Below, piece by piece: positions 8,428 through 15,737 of a DNA stretch of 55,505 nucleotides; within the stretch, counting starts at the first letter, position 1; the number at the start of each line of letters is the position of its first letter. Position numbers and translations under genes: made by a program. Source of the DNA: an uncultured Dehalococcoidia bacterium. GTDB lineage: Bacteria; Chloroflexota; Dehalococcoidia; Lucifugimonadales; QGNO01. The stretch covers positions 1,342 to 56,846 of the forward strand of contig CAYVEN010000002.1 in assembly GCA_964450505.1 (NCBI GenBank). Direction: 5' to 3'. A model generated the notes under the pieces. That model was not told the DNA's origin and ran no database searches. It worked only from the letters and a program-made list of their open reading frames with translations.

Positions 8428-9018
8428 ATGATCCAGCAAGCAGAGATGATGCGGGTAATTCAAGAGTACAGGGGAGAGGCGGTGGTTATCCCAGTGTTTC
8501 GCGCTACTCCCCGCTGGAAAGAGGTGAGCGATCACCCTGAGTTGGACTTGCCCGTCGGCGGGGCCATGGGCAAGGCATCCTCGTTTGCCTTGGGGGTGGC
8601 GCTGGCCAGGCCGGACAAGGCGGTCATCCTGCTGGACGGTGATGGCAGTCTTGAAATGAACCTTGGCGCGCTGATAACCATCGGAGAGCAGAAGCCCAAG
8701 AACCTGTACCACTTCGTGGTGCAGAACGGCGTCTACGCTTCGACAGGCGGACAGCCCATAGTTGGAGCGGAGACGGTCTCATTCAAAGAGATGGCGTTGT
8801 CCGCGGGATACAACGCTGCCTACGACTTCGACGACTTGGAGGATTTCAGCACCACCGCCGGTGAGCTATTCAATACGGAAGGGCCCGTACTGGCAACGGT
8901 CAGGATAGAGCCTGAGATCAGGACAATTGAACAGAGGGCCGCGGAGAGGGCCAACGCGGGCGCAAGCGGTCCCTGGGTGGCGTACCACGGCTTGAAGGAT
9001 GCACTGGAAAAGTCATAA
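8428..9018 (+). CDS. Thiamine-diphosphate-binding protein, sulfopyruvate/phosphonopyruvate decarboxylase beta-subunit-like
   Basis: 196 aa. TPP motif 'ILLDGDGSLEMNLGAL...NGVYASTGGQ'. Length and layout match ComE-type beta halves. No alpha (pyrimidine-binding) half lies adjacent. Confidence 0.7.
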   Translation: MIQQAEMMRVIQEYRGEAVVIPVFRATPRWKEVSDHPELDLPVGGAMGKASSFALGVALARPDKAVILLDGDGSLEMNLGALITIGEQKPKNLYHFVVQNGVYASTGGQPIVGAETVSFKEMALSAGYNAAYDFDDLEDFSTTAGELFNTEGPVLATVRIEPEIRTIEQRAAERANAGASGPWVAYHGLKDALEKS

Positions 9019-9023
9019 GCAAC

Positions 9024-9054
9024 AGTAGGGGGGTGGATTATCCACCCCCCTACT
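9024..9054. terminator. Bidirectional hairpin between convergent genes
   Basis: Perfect 14-bp stem agtaggggggtgga / tccacccccctact with a 3-nt loop. It starts 5 nt after the stop of the TPP gene. Confidence 0.7.
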
Positions 9055-9074
9055 GGGTTCATCCCCATCTCAAT

Positions 9075-9096
9075 CTTCCCCCCGTCAAGGGGGAAG
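9075..9096. terminator. Second hairpin in convergent gap
   Basis: cttccccc-cgtcaa-gggggaag (8-bp GC-rich stem). It lies 10 nt from the stop of the minus-strand dehydratase gene. Confidence 0.5.
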
Positions 9097-9105
9097 AGGT
9101 TAGCA

Positions 9106-10473
9106 TCAATACCAGTCGTTGCGGAACGTTTCGTAGTTGACGAAAGGCGGCTTGGCCGCATGCGGTATCGGTAGCTGCACCGGGCCGTTTTCTCTCGATG
9201 GCAGGTATACCGTGGCGGTGCCCGGCACCTGTGCTTCCCCTACCTGGTTGACTCCTTGCCAGCGTATGCCGATCGCGTGGTATGTGGCCTCTCCGGAGAC
9301 GCCTCCCGGTTCACTGTTGCCCTTCTGCACCTCTGTGTACTTCTTAACCACTTCGCCGGTATAGGTTGTGACGTCGGCGTAGTACACGGGTCTTCTCAGC
9401 GCCGAGTACTGGCGGCGGATGAAACCGTCGTCGCCCATCCAGTTGGTGAAGAGCTGCTCCGGTATCTGGAAACGCTGACCGCCGTGGTCGAACGGGCCGG
9501 GCTGACCGCGGAAAGCGGCCAGCAATGCGTCCTCATGCTCTGCGCCCGGAGTCCAGGGCCAGAGGGTGTTGGGATGAGTCCGCGCGCTGCCCGGCCTCTC
9601 TCTCATGCGTCGGTACGCCGATTCAAAGGAGAGGACGTCCTTTTCTTTGATTGGGACGTCTCCGGGGTTGTCTCCCGTGCCCACAGTCTGGGAATTGACG
9701 GTGTCCTGGCAGACCTGGTCCTGGAGAGTCCAGGGCGGAAGTACAAGGGGGCCCAGCTTGTCGCCGACCTCTACGTCTTCCCAGTACAGCGTATTGGAGC
9801 CCCTGCGCTCCGCGCCTTCCAGCCGTTTGACCAGATCCTCCATCTCCTGCTTGGAGTAGCTCTGGGCTTTTCGCTCGTAGAGCATGCTTTCACCCAGGCG
9901 TTGCACGTCCATGGCCCTGGAGGTGCCCATTGTCCTCTGCGGCACCATGATCAGGGTGCCGTAGGACTTGGCTCTGAGGTCGTTGTGGTAGTCCCAGTAG
10001 TTCACTTCCGAAATGAGGAACAGCAGGTCTCCATGCCCCCCCTTCTTCTCGATGAGCTCTTTAGTCTCCTTGGACGTTCTGAACCTATCGCCCACTCGCA
10101 GCACATCAAAGAACTCCCAGGCGCATCCGGCCACAAAGTTGGCTACGGGATAGCCCTGTGGACGGGTGGCGCCGTGAATGCCGGGGTATCTTATGTAGTT
10201 CAACACCGGCCCGGGAGCCAGCTGCGTGCCATAACGGGTCTTCCTGGCATAGTCCGGGTCAGTATAGATAGGGTTGTTGTCGCCTATGGCGCGGGCGTAC
10301 TTGGTGATGAAGTTGGAATCAAGCCGGATGGGCGATTCGTAGGGAGGCCCTTCTTGCTCGTAAGGACAGGGCGTGTTGGGTGGAATGCCCTCCGTCGACT
10401 CCGTGTTGATGAACTCCTTGGTCTTTGCTATGAACTCGGTTACGGCTTCTTCAAAGGTCTGCTCTGTGGTCAT
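9106..10473 (-). CDS. MaoC-like / FAS1-like acyl dehydratase (double hotdog, long form)
   Basis: 455 aa. 'ITKYARAIGDNNPIYTDPDYA' is the typical MaoC N-terminal motif. The C-terminal 'RPVYYADVTTYTGEVVKKY' is hotdog-helix-like. The antisense 418-aa ORF has junk composition. Confidence 0.65.
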   Translation of the reverse strand: MTTEQTFEEAVTEFIAKTKEFINTESTEGIPPNTPCPYEQEGPPYESPIRLDSNFITKYARAIGDNNPIYTDPDYARKTRYGTQLAPGPVLNYIRYPGIHGATRPQGYPVANFVAGCAWEFFDVLRVGDRFRTSKETKELIEKKGGHGDLLFLISEVNYWDYHNDLRAKSYGTLIMVPQRTMGTSRAMDVQRLGESMLYERKAQSYSKQEMEDLVKRLEGAERRGSNTLYWEDVEVGDKLGPLVLPPWTLQDQVCQDTVNSQTVGTGDNPGDVPIKEKDVLSFESAYRRMRERPGSARTHPNTLWPWTPGAEHEDALLAAFRGQPGPFDHGGQRFQIPEQLFTNWMGDDGFIRRQYSALRRPVYYADVTTYTGEVVKKYTEVQKGNSEPGGVSGEATYHAIGIRWQGVNQVGEAQVPGTATVYLPSRENGPVQLPIPHAAKPPFVNYETFRNDWY

Positions 10474-10519
10474 ACGTACCTCCTCCCTGTGGCGGCACTA
10501 GGTTATACGTAAATGAGCG

Positions 10520-10850
10520 CACGGGCAAGCGGGCGACCTGCCCCGTCGTGGGGTGTTGCAGACCGACGTTCTTGGATTCTTCGCTAAGCTCAGGATGACG
10601 GTAATGAGGGGCGGTTCGCGAACCGCCCCTACAAGTCCGCAATGAGCGGGTTTTGGTATCCGTTCGCCGAGCTTGTCGAAGGGGCGCATCCCCCCGGCGT
10701 GGTTCGACGGGCTCACCACGAACGGGGTATGGGGCTCACCACGAGCGGGTGTGGAGTCCGCTGGTGCCACGCCTGGGTTCCCGCTCCCCGATCGGAGTCG
10801 GGGACAGGCTGCGCGGGAACGACGGGTGGGGGCGGGCATGGCGGGTTGCG
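10520..10850. repeat. Cluster of small GC-rich dispersed-repeat modules (REP/MITE-like)
   Basis: Modules seen: 'gctcaggatgacgg', the palindrome 10607-10630, 'gagcttgtcgaagggg', and the direct repeat GGGCTCACCACGA(A/G)CGG at 10709-10725 and 10732-10748, followed by 'ggacaggctgcgcgggaacgacgg'. They translate to 'FDGLTTNG', 'RRAHHERG', 'AELVEG' and 'DRLRGNDG'. These are strings typical of spurious ORFs over intergenic repeats in many high-GC genomes. Confidence 0.6.
10607..10630. repeat. Perfect 24-nt palindrome within the repeat cluster
   Basis: AGGGGCGGTTCG/CGAACCGCCCCT is fully self-complementary. It could serve as a terminator for the upstream MFS gene. Confidence 0.8.
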
Positions 10851-10852
10851 CG

Positions 10853-12079
10853 CTACCCGGAATCGGGGTCAGGCGACTTGATCCTGGCTCCCATCCTGGC
10901 TATGACGGCTGCCGTGTAGGTTACGATGACCACGCCTCCCATTCCTACGGCGAGTGGCGCCGTTGCTATGCTGGCGACGGCTCCCACAATGAAGCCGCCA
11001 GCGGGTGTGAATCCCCAAGTCATGCCGTACAGTCCAAGGACGCGCCCCCTCATGTTCTCGTCGGAGGTTAGCTGGAGCAGCGTGTTGATGGTTGCGTCGT
11101 AGACCACGAGGGCAAGCCCTATGGCAGCTACCAGGACAAGCGAGATTGCATACCAGGAAGAGAAGGCAAATAGAGCAATGCCGGTCCCCGCACCCAACGC
11201 TCCTATGGTGAGCAGTTTCCATTTGTTTGGGAAATCGCTGAAGCTGGCCAATAGCGCTATACCTATCAGTGCTCCAGCACCCCCTGCCCCGGAAAGGTAC
11301 CCCAGTCCGGTGGGCCCCACGTTGAGAACGGTCTTGGCTATCACGGGCAGCATGACAATGTAGGAGAACCCGAATGTTTCAGTGAGGACGCTGAGGACCA
11401 GCAAGGCTCGCAGAGGGCTGTTTCCCGCGACGTACGCAAGTCCCTGTCCCAGGTTGCGCCAGATAGACTCCCGTTGCTGCTGCGCGGAGACGGAGACCTT
11501 CATGAAGAGCAGAGGAAGTACGCTCGTGGAATACGCTACTCCGGCCAGCGCAAAGGCGGCTCCCATCCCTACCGAGTTGATTACGTTGCCGGCAAGCACG
11601 GATCCGGCGGTCCAGGAGATGTGGAAGCCGCCCAGGGTATAGGCGACGGCGTTCATAAGGCGTCGCGGGCCCACGGTATCGTAGATGAGGCCGTTGAAGG
11701 CGGGCGCGACCATACCGTCGATGGAGCCCTGTATGAAAACGACGACGAGCACGTGCCAGAGTTCTGCCCTATCTTGCGAGACCAGCAGCGCCAGGCCCAA
11801 CAGGACCAGCCCGCTTATGCCTCTGAACGTGGTTAGCACCATGCGGCGGCTCAACCGGTCTGCCAGGACGCCTCCAATGAGTGCAAAGATTATGTGTCCG
11901 GCGCCGCGTATACCTGATGCTATGCCTACCCATAGGGCGGAATCGCCGGTAAGCAAGAGCACCATCCAGCCCTGAGCAATGAGCTCGGTTGCGGCTCCTA
12001 TCACGTAGATGGAACTGCTTCCCCAGAGCAGGCGGAAGTCGCGTATGCCCAAAGTGCTAAAAATGCGGGGCGCCGGCAT
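10853..12079 (-). CDS. MFS transporter
   Basis: 408 aa with about 12 hydrophobic segments. The N-terminus 'FRLLWGSSSIYVIGAATELIAQGWMVL' and 'GGVLADRLSRRMVL' are typical of EntS/MFS_3-type exporters. Confidence 0.8.
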   Translation of the reverse strand: MPAPRIFSTLGIRDFRLLWGSSSIYVIGAATELIAQGWMVLLLTGDSALWVGIASGIRGAGHIIFALIGGVLADRLSRRMVLTTFRGISGLVLLGLALLVSQDRAELWHVLVVVFIQGSIDGMVAPAFNGLIYDTVGPRRLMNAVAYTLGGFHISWTAGSVLAGNVINSVGMGAAFALAGVAYSTSVLPLLFMKVSVSAQQQRESIWRNLGQGLAYVAGNSPLRALLVLSVLTETFGFSYIVMLPVIAKTVLNVGPTGLGYLSGAGGAGALIGIALLASFSDFPNKWKLLTIGALGAGTGIALFAFSSWYAISLVLVAAIGLALVVYDATINTLLQLTSDENMRGRVLGLYGMTWGFTPAGGFIVGAVASIATAPLAVGMGGVVIVTYTAAVIARMGARIKSPDPDSG

Positions 12080-12151
12080 GGTTCAGCAAGCCCCGGTGCA
12101 GTTAACGCTGAGGTTATTCATCAAAGATGGGTCATCCAAATAAAGCGAGGA

Positions 12152-12180
12152 TTCCAAAACTATCGCTGATTTACTATACT
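12152..12180 (+). promoter_or_regulatory. Sigma70-like promoter, probably giving a leaderless mRNA
   Basis: TTCCAA (12152-12157), a 17-nt spacer, then TATACT (12175-12180). The ATG at 12188 is only 7 nt after the -10 box, and no SD sequence lies in 'ctttttc'. Confidence 0.4.
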
Positions 12181-12187
12181 CTTTTTC

Positions 12188-13090
12188 ATGCCGCCTATCC
12201 TGGAAGCCAAGAATCTCACCAAGCGCTACGGCTCCACAATCGCTCTTGATTCCGTGGATTTTGAAGTAGAAGAGGGGATTACCGGGCTTCTGGGCCCCAA
12301 CGGAGCCGGCAAGAGCACCGCTATCAAACTGTTCCTTGGGCTGCTCAAGCCCACGTCCGGCTCCGCCGAGGTCATGGGCCGGCAACCGTACAGTTCCATC
12401 GAGATACGTGGACGCCTTGGCTATATGCCGGAGCACGATTGTTTACCGGACGCAATCAACTCTTCCGAGTTCCTATCGCACATGGCCCAGGTCAGTGGAC
12501 TGCCTCCATCCCATGCGCGTACTCGCGCCGCCGACGTTCTACGGCACGTAGGCCTGGACGAAGAACGTTACCGTCCCATAGGTGAGTATTCAACAGGGAT
12601 GAAACAGCGCGTCAAGCTGGCGCAGGCCCTGGTTCACGACCCAACCATTGTAATGCTCGACGAACCTACCGCGGGCCTGGATCCGGGCGGGCGTGAAGAG
12701 ATGCTCGACCTGATCAGGCGCACCGGCCGCGAGTTCGGCATAAGCTTGCTTCTCTCCTCCCACCTCATGGGCGAGGTTGAACGGACGTGCGATCGAATCG
12801 TTGTTCTGGAAGGTGGCCGCATCACCCAGGCAGGTTCGGTCTCGCAGTTCACCCAGGAGACCCAGACGGTTTTCCTGGAGGTTGACGACAACCTGGACGA
12901 GCTGATGGAGGCTTTGGCGAAACATGGAATCCAGGCTGAACTGGATGGAGCTTCCGTGGTGGTGCAGGATGTAACCGAGGAGCAGTACGACAATATCCGG
13001 GACGCCCTGGTCGACGCTGATTCCAGGCTGCGCCGCTTGGCGCCCAGACGGGGCAGCCTGAGCGATATCTTCAGAGGCGGCCAGGCATGA
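12188..13090 (+). CDS. ABC transporter ATP-binding protein (ABC-2 type)
   Basis: Walker A 'GPNGAGKST', signature 'YSTGMKQRVKLAQAL' and Walker B 'VMLDEPTAGLD'. Confidence 0.9.
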   Translation: MPPILEAKNLTKRYGSTIALDSVDFEVEEGITGLLGPNGAGKSTAIKLFLGLLKPTSGSAEVMGRQPYSSIEIRGRLGYMPEHDCLPDAINSSEFLSHMAQVSGLPPSHARTRAADVLRHVGLDEERYRPIGEYSTGMKQRVKLAQALVHDPTIVMLDEPTAGLDPGGREEMLDLIRRTGREFGISLLLSSHLMGEVERTCDRIVVLEGGRITQAGSVSQFTQETQTVFLEVDDNLDELMEALAKHGIQAELDGASVVVQDVTEEQYDNIRDALVDADSRLRRLAPRRGSLSDIFRGGQA

Positions 13091-14037
13091 CTTCCGAGCG
13101 ACAGGGAGAGATATATGACCTGGGTTACCAGAGATACGACGGCCCCAGGGAAGGCAGGGGGCGCGCTCGCCGGGCGCTACTTATCAACGGCATAAGATCA
13201 GCGCTGGGGATAGGCCGCGGTTCCCGCGCCAAGGTCTTGCCGGTACTGCTCTTCGTAGCGGCCATGAGCCCGGCAGTCATCATGATTATAATAGCTTCTC
13301 TGACCGGGCCAGGGCTTGGGGTGCCCGGTCACGCGGACTACTATTCAATAATCGTTCCTATCTTCCTGCTCTTTTCCGCGATAATTGCGCCTGAGCTACT
13401 AATCCCCGACCGTCGCGACCGTGTTCTCCACCTCTACCTGGTAAGGCCTCTAACCCCCACCGATTACGTTGCCGGCAGGTGGTCGGCGTTTCTTATAGTC
13501 ACCCTTACCATTGTGTATTCAGGGCAGATATTGCTCTTCCTTGGGTTGCTTCTCACGGCGTCCGACCCGGTGGACTACGTTAGGGAGAACTGGTTGGACG
13601 TTCCCCGCTTCCTGGCGGCCGGTTTCGTAGTGGCGGTCTTCACCACGACCCTGCCCATGGCGGTTGCCGCCTTCACGAGTCGAAGAGCCTACGCAGCCGC
13701 ATTTGTGATAGGTCTGTGGATAGTTTCCGCGTCTGCGGCGGGAATCCTTACCACGTGTGAAGAAACCGTTACCACCACGACGACCGACGGGACCGTAACC
13801 GTAACGGTGCAAGAGTGCGTGCCCCTTGCGGGAGACTTTGGCAAGTGGTTCGTCCTGCTGGATATCGGAGAGACGCCCATCAGGATCAACGACTTGATAT
13901 TTGGCGAAGAGCCGGAGTCCGGGCTTGGAGCTCTGGCGCAGGAACTGCCGGAGATAGTCCCCATCGGCTGGTACTTGATTATGACCGCGGGACCTGGATT
14001 CCTACTCTGGCGGCGTTATCAGGGGATAGCTATATGA
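13087..14037 (+). CDS. ABC-2-type permease-like membrane protein
   Basis: 316 aa with 4-nt overlaps to both flanking ATPase genes. It has a cytoplasmic N-terminus 'GEIYDLGYQRYDGPREGRGRARRAL' and about 6 TM segments. Confidence 0.65.
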   Translation: MTSERQGEIYDLGYQRYDGPREGRGRARRALLINGIRSALGIGRGSRAKVLPVLLFVAAMSPAVIMIIIASLTGPGLGVPGHADYYSIIVPIFLLFSAIIAPELLIPDRRDRVLHLYLVRPLTPTDYVAGRWSAFLIVTLTIVYSGQILLFLGLLLTASDPVDYVRENWLDVPRFLAAGFVVAVFTTTLPMAVAAFTSRRAYAAAFVIGLWIVSASAAGILTTCEETVTTTTTDGTVTVTVQECVPLAGDFGKWFVLLDIGETPIRINDLIFGEEPESGLGALAQELPEIVPIGWYLIMTAGPGFLLWRRYQGIAI

Positions 14038-14984
14038 GCGCAATGCAAACGTCTACCGAAAGCCGCAACGGCCCCACGGTGAACGTTGCCAGCGTGTCCA
14101 AGTGGTTCGGCAACGTGGTTGCCGTGAACGATGTTTCGTTCGACATATACCCGGGCGTAACGGGTCTTCTGGGCCCCAACGGCGCGGGAAAGACCACTAT
14201 CTTGCACATGATCACCGGCCTTTCCAAGGTGTCCAAGGGAGAGGTCAAGCTGCTTGGGGAACGGCCCAGGGACAATGCGGAGCTGTACCGCCGCGTCGGA
14301 ATCATGGCGGAGCATGAGGGGGTATACGGGTTCTTCACGGGCAGGCAGTTCGTGGAGTTCTCGGGGCGGTTGTACGGTTTGCAGCCGTTGAAGGAGTACG
14401 TGGATCAGGCAATTGCCAGGGTGGGTCTTGAAGAGGCTCAGCACCGCGCGCTTTCCACCTACTCCAGGGGTATGCGACAGCGCATGCGATTGGCCGCGGC
14501 CATGGTGCATGACCCCCAGGTCTTGATACTGGACGAGCCTCTGAACGGCACCGACCCCCGCCAGAGACTTGAGTTCCACGACTTGATGAAAGACCTGGCC
14601 GGCGAGGGCAGGACGATAGTTATTTCGTCTCACATACTGGAGGAGGTCGAGATATTCGCTGAGCAGATACTGCTCATGGTCAGCGGCAAGCTGGCCGCTT
14701 CCGGAGACTACCGCGCCATCCGCGCCAAGCTGGACGAGCGCCCGTATCGCGTGCGGGTGGTGGTCAGCGAGCCGCGCAAGATGGCGGCGGCGATACTCCA
14801 GATGGAGGAGGCGGATTCGGTCTCGGTTGATGGTGAGGGAGCGCTCACCGTCTTGAGCCAGAGAGTAAGCGTACTGCAACGTTCGCTGCCTCGCCTGGCA
14901 AAGGAGCTGGGAGTGCGCCTGCTTCGTGTGGAACCGCTGGATGATTCGCTGGAGAGCGTGTTCAGCTACGTGGTGGAGCGCTGA
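14034..14984 (+). CDS. ABC transporter ATP-binding protein (second ATPase)
   Basis: ATG at 14034 (ATGA overlap). Motifs 'GPNGAGKTT', 'YSRGMRQRMRLAAAM' and 'LILDEPLNGTD'. The 13815 start lies inside the upstream permease and was rejected. Confidence 0.9.
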   Translation: MSAMQTSTESRNGPTVNVASVSKWFGNVVAVNDVSFDIYPGVTGLLGPNGAGKTTILHMITGLSKVSKGEVKLLGERPRDNAELYRRVGIMAEHEGVYGFFTGRQFVEFSGRLYGLQPLKEYVDQAIARVGLEEAQHRALSTYSRGMRQRMRLAAAMVHDPQVLILDEPLNGTDPRQRLEFHDLMKDLAGEGRTIVISSHILEEVEIFAEQILLMVSGKLAASGDYRAIRAKLDERPYRVRVVVSEPRKMAAAILQMEEADSVSVDGEGALTVLSQRVSVLQRSLPRLAKELGVRLLRVEPLDDSLESVFSYVVER

Positions 14985-15706
14985 TGGTACAGATACTGTT
15001 GCTATCGCTGCGTCAGATGGGCAAGCGCCGCTTGATTGTGATTGCTCTGCTGTCCATGCTGCCCGTGGCATTGGCCGCGGCCATAGCAAGCTTCACGTCA
15101 CCCGAGGAGTCAGTCAGCGATGACTTTGTAACAATTCTGGTGGAAGGCATGATTTTTAGCGGCATTGCGCCGATAGTTACCATGGCTCTGGCCACCGCCG
15201 CGTTCGGCGATGAGGTAGACGATAGAACGCTAAACTTCCTGACCTTGAAACCGGTGCCAAGGTACCAAATCGTGGTTCCGAAATTCCTTGCCCCCGTAAT
15301 AGTGGCCGCGCCTGTCTTGATAGTCAGCTCTGCACTGGCCGTAGTAATAGGCTTGGGCGGAGGTTTCAAACCCCTATTGGCCGTTGCCGTGGCTCTGTTT
15401 GCCGGTGTCGTCACCTATGCGTCCGTGTTCACCTGGGCGGGGCTCATCAGCTCTCGCGCTTTGGCGTTCGGCCTGGTCTACGTATTTCTCTGGGAGGGGC
15501 TTGTTAGCACATTCTTGTCGGGAATACGATACATAAGCGTTAGAAACTACACTCTGGCCATAATGCATGAGTTGGATAAAGAGACTTTCCAAGTACTGGC
15601 GGGGGACGTAATAGAGTTCCCGGCGGCTATCGTGGGAGCGGCGGCGGTTTCGCTGGTGTTCCTCCTTCTCTCGATATTTCGCTTGCGCACCATGGACGTG
15701 CCTTGA
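14984..15706 (+). CDS. ABC-2 family permease
   Basis: 240 aa with about 6 TM segments. It overlaps the ATPase stop by 1 nt (TGATG). Confidence 0.7.
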   Translation: MVQILLLSLRQMGKRRLIVIALLSMLPVALAAAIASFTSPEESVSDDFVTILVEGMIFSGIAPIVTMALATAAFGDEVDDRTLNFLTLKPVPRYQIVVPKFLAPVIVAAPVLIVSSALAVVIGLGGGFKPLLAVAVALFAGVVTYASVFTWAGLISSRALAFGLVYVFLWEGLVSTFLSGIRYISVRNYTLAIMHELDKETFQVLAGDVIEFPAAIVGAAAVSLVFLLLSIFRLRTMDVP

Positions 15707-15737
15707 TTCTCCGGCAGCCCGTGTCTGTTGAGCTGGT

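Noticed and set aside
9256-10512. 418-aa plus-strand ORF opposite the dehydratase gene.
   Set aside because: It has no recognisable motifs and Arg/Gly/Val-rich composition. The minus-strand product carries a clear MaoC motif and a proper RBS context.
10642-11071. Three overlapping plus-strand ORFs (79-132 aa) in and beyond the repeat cluster.
   Set aside because: They are translations of intergenic repeat modules ('FDGLTTNG', 'AHHERG', 'LRGNDG'). They overlap each other in different frames and run antisense into the MFS gene.
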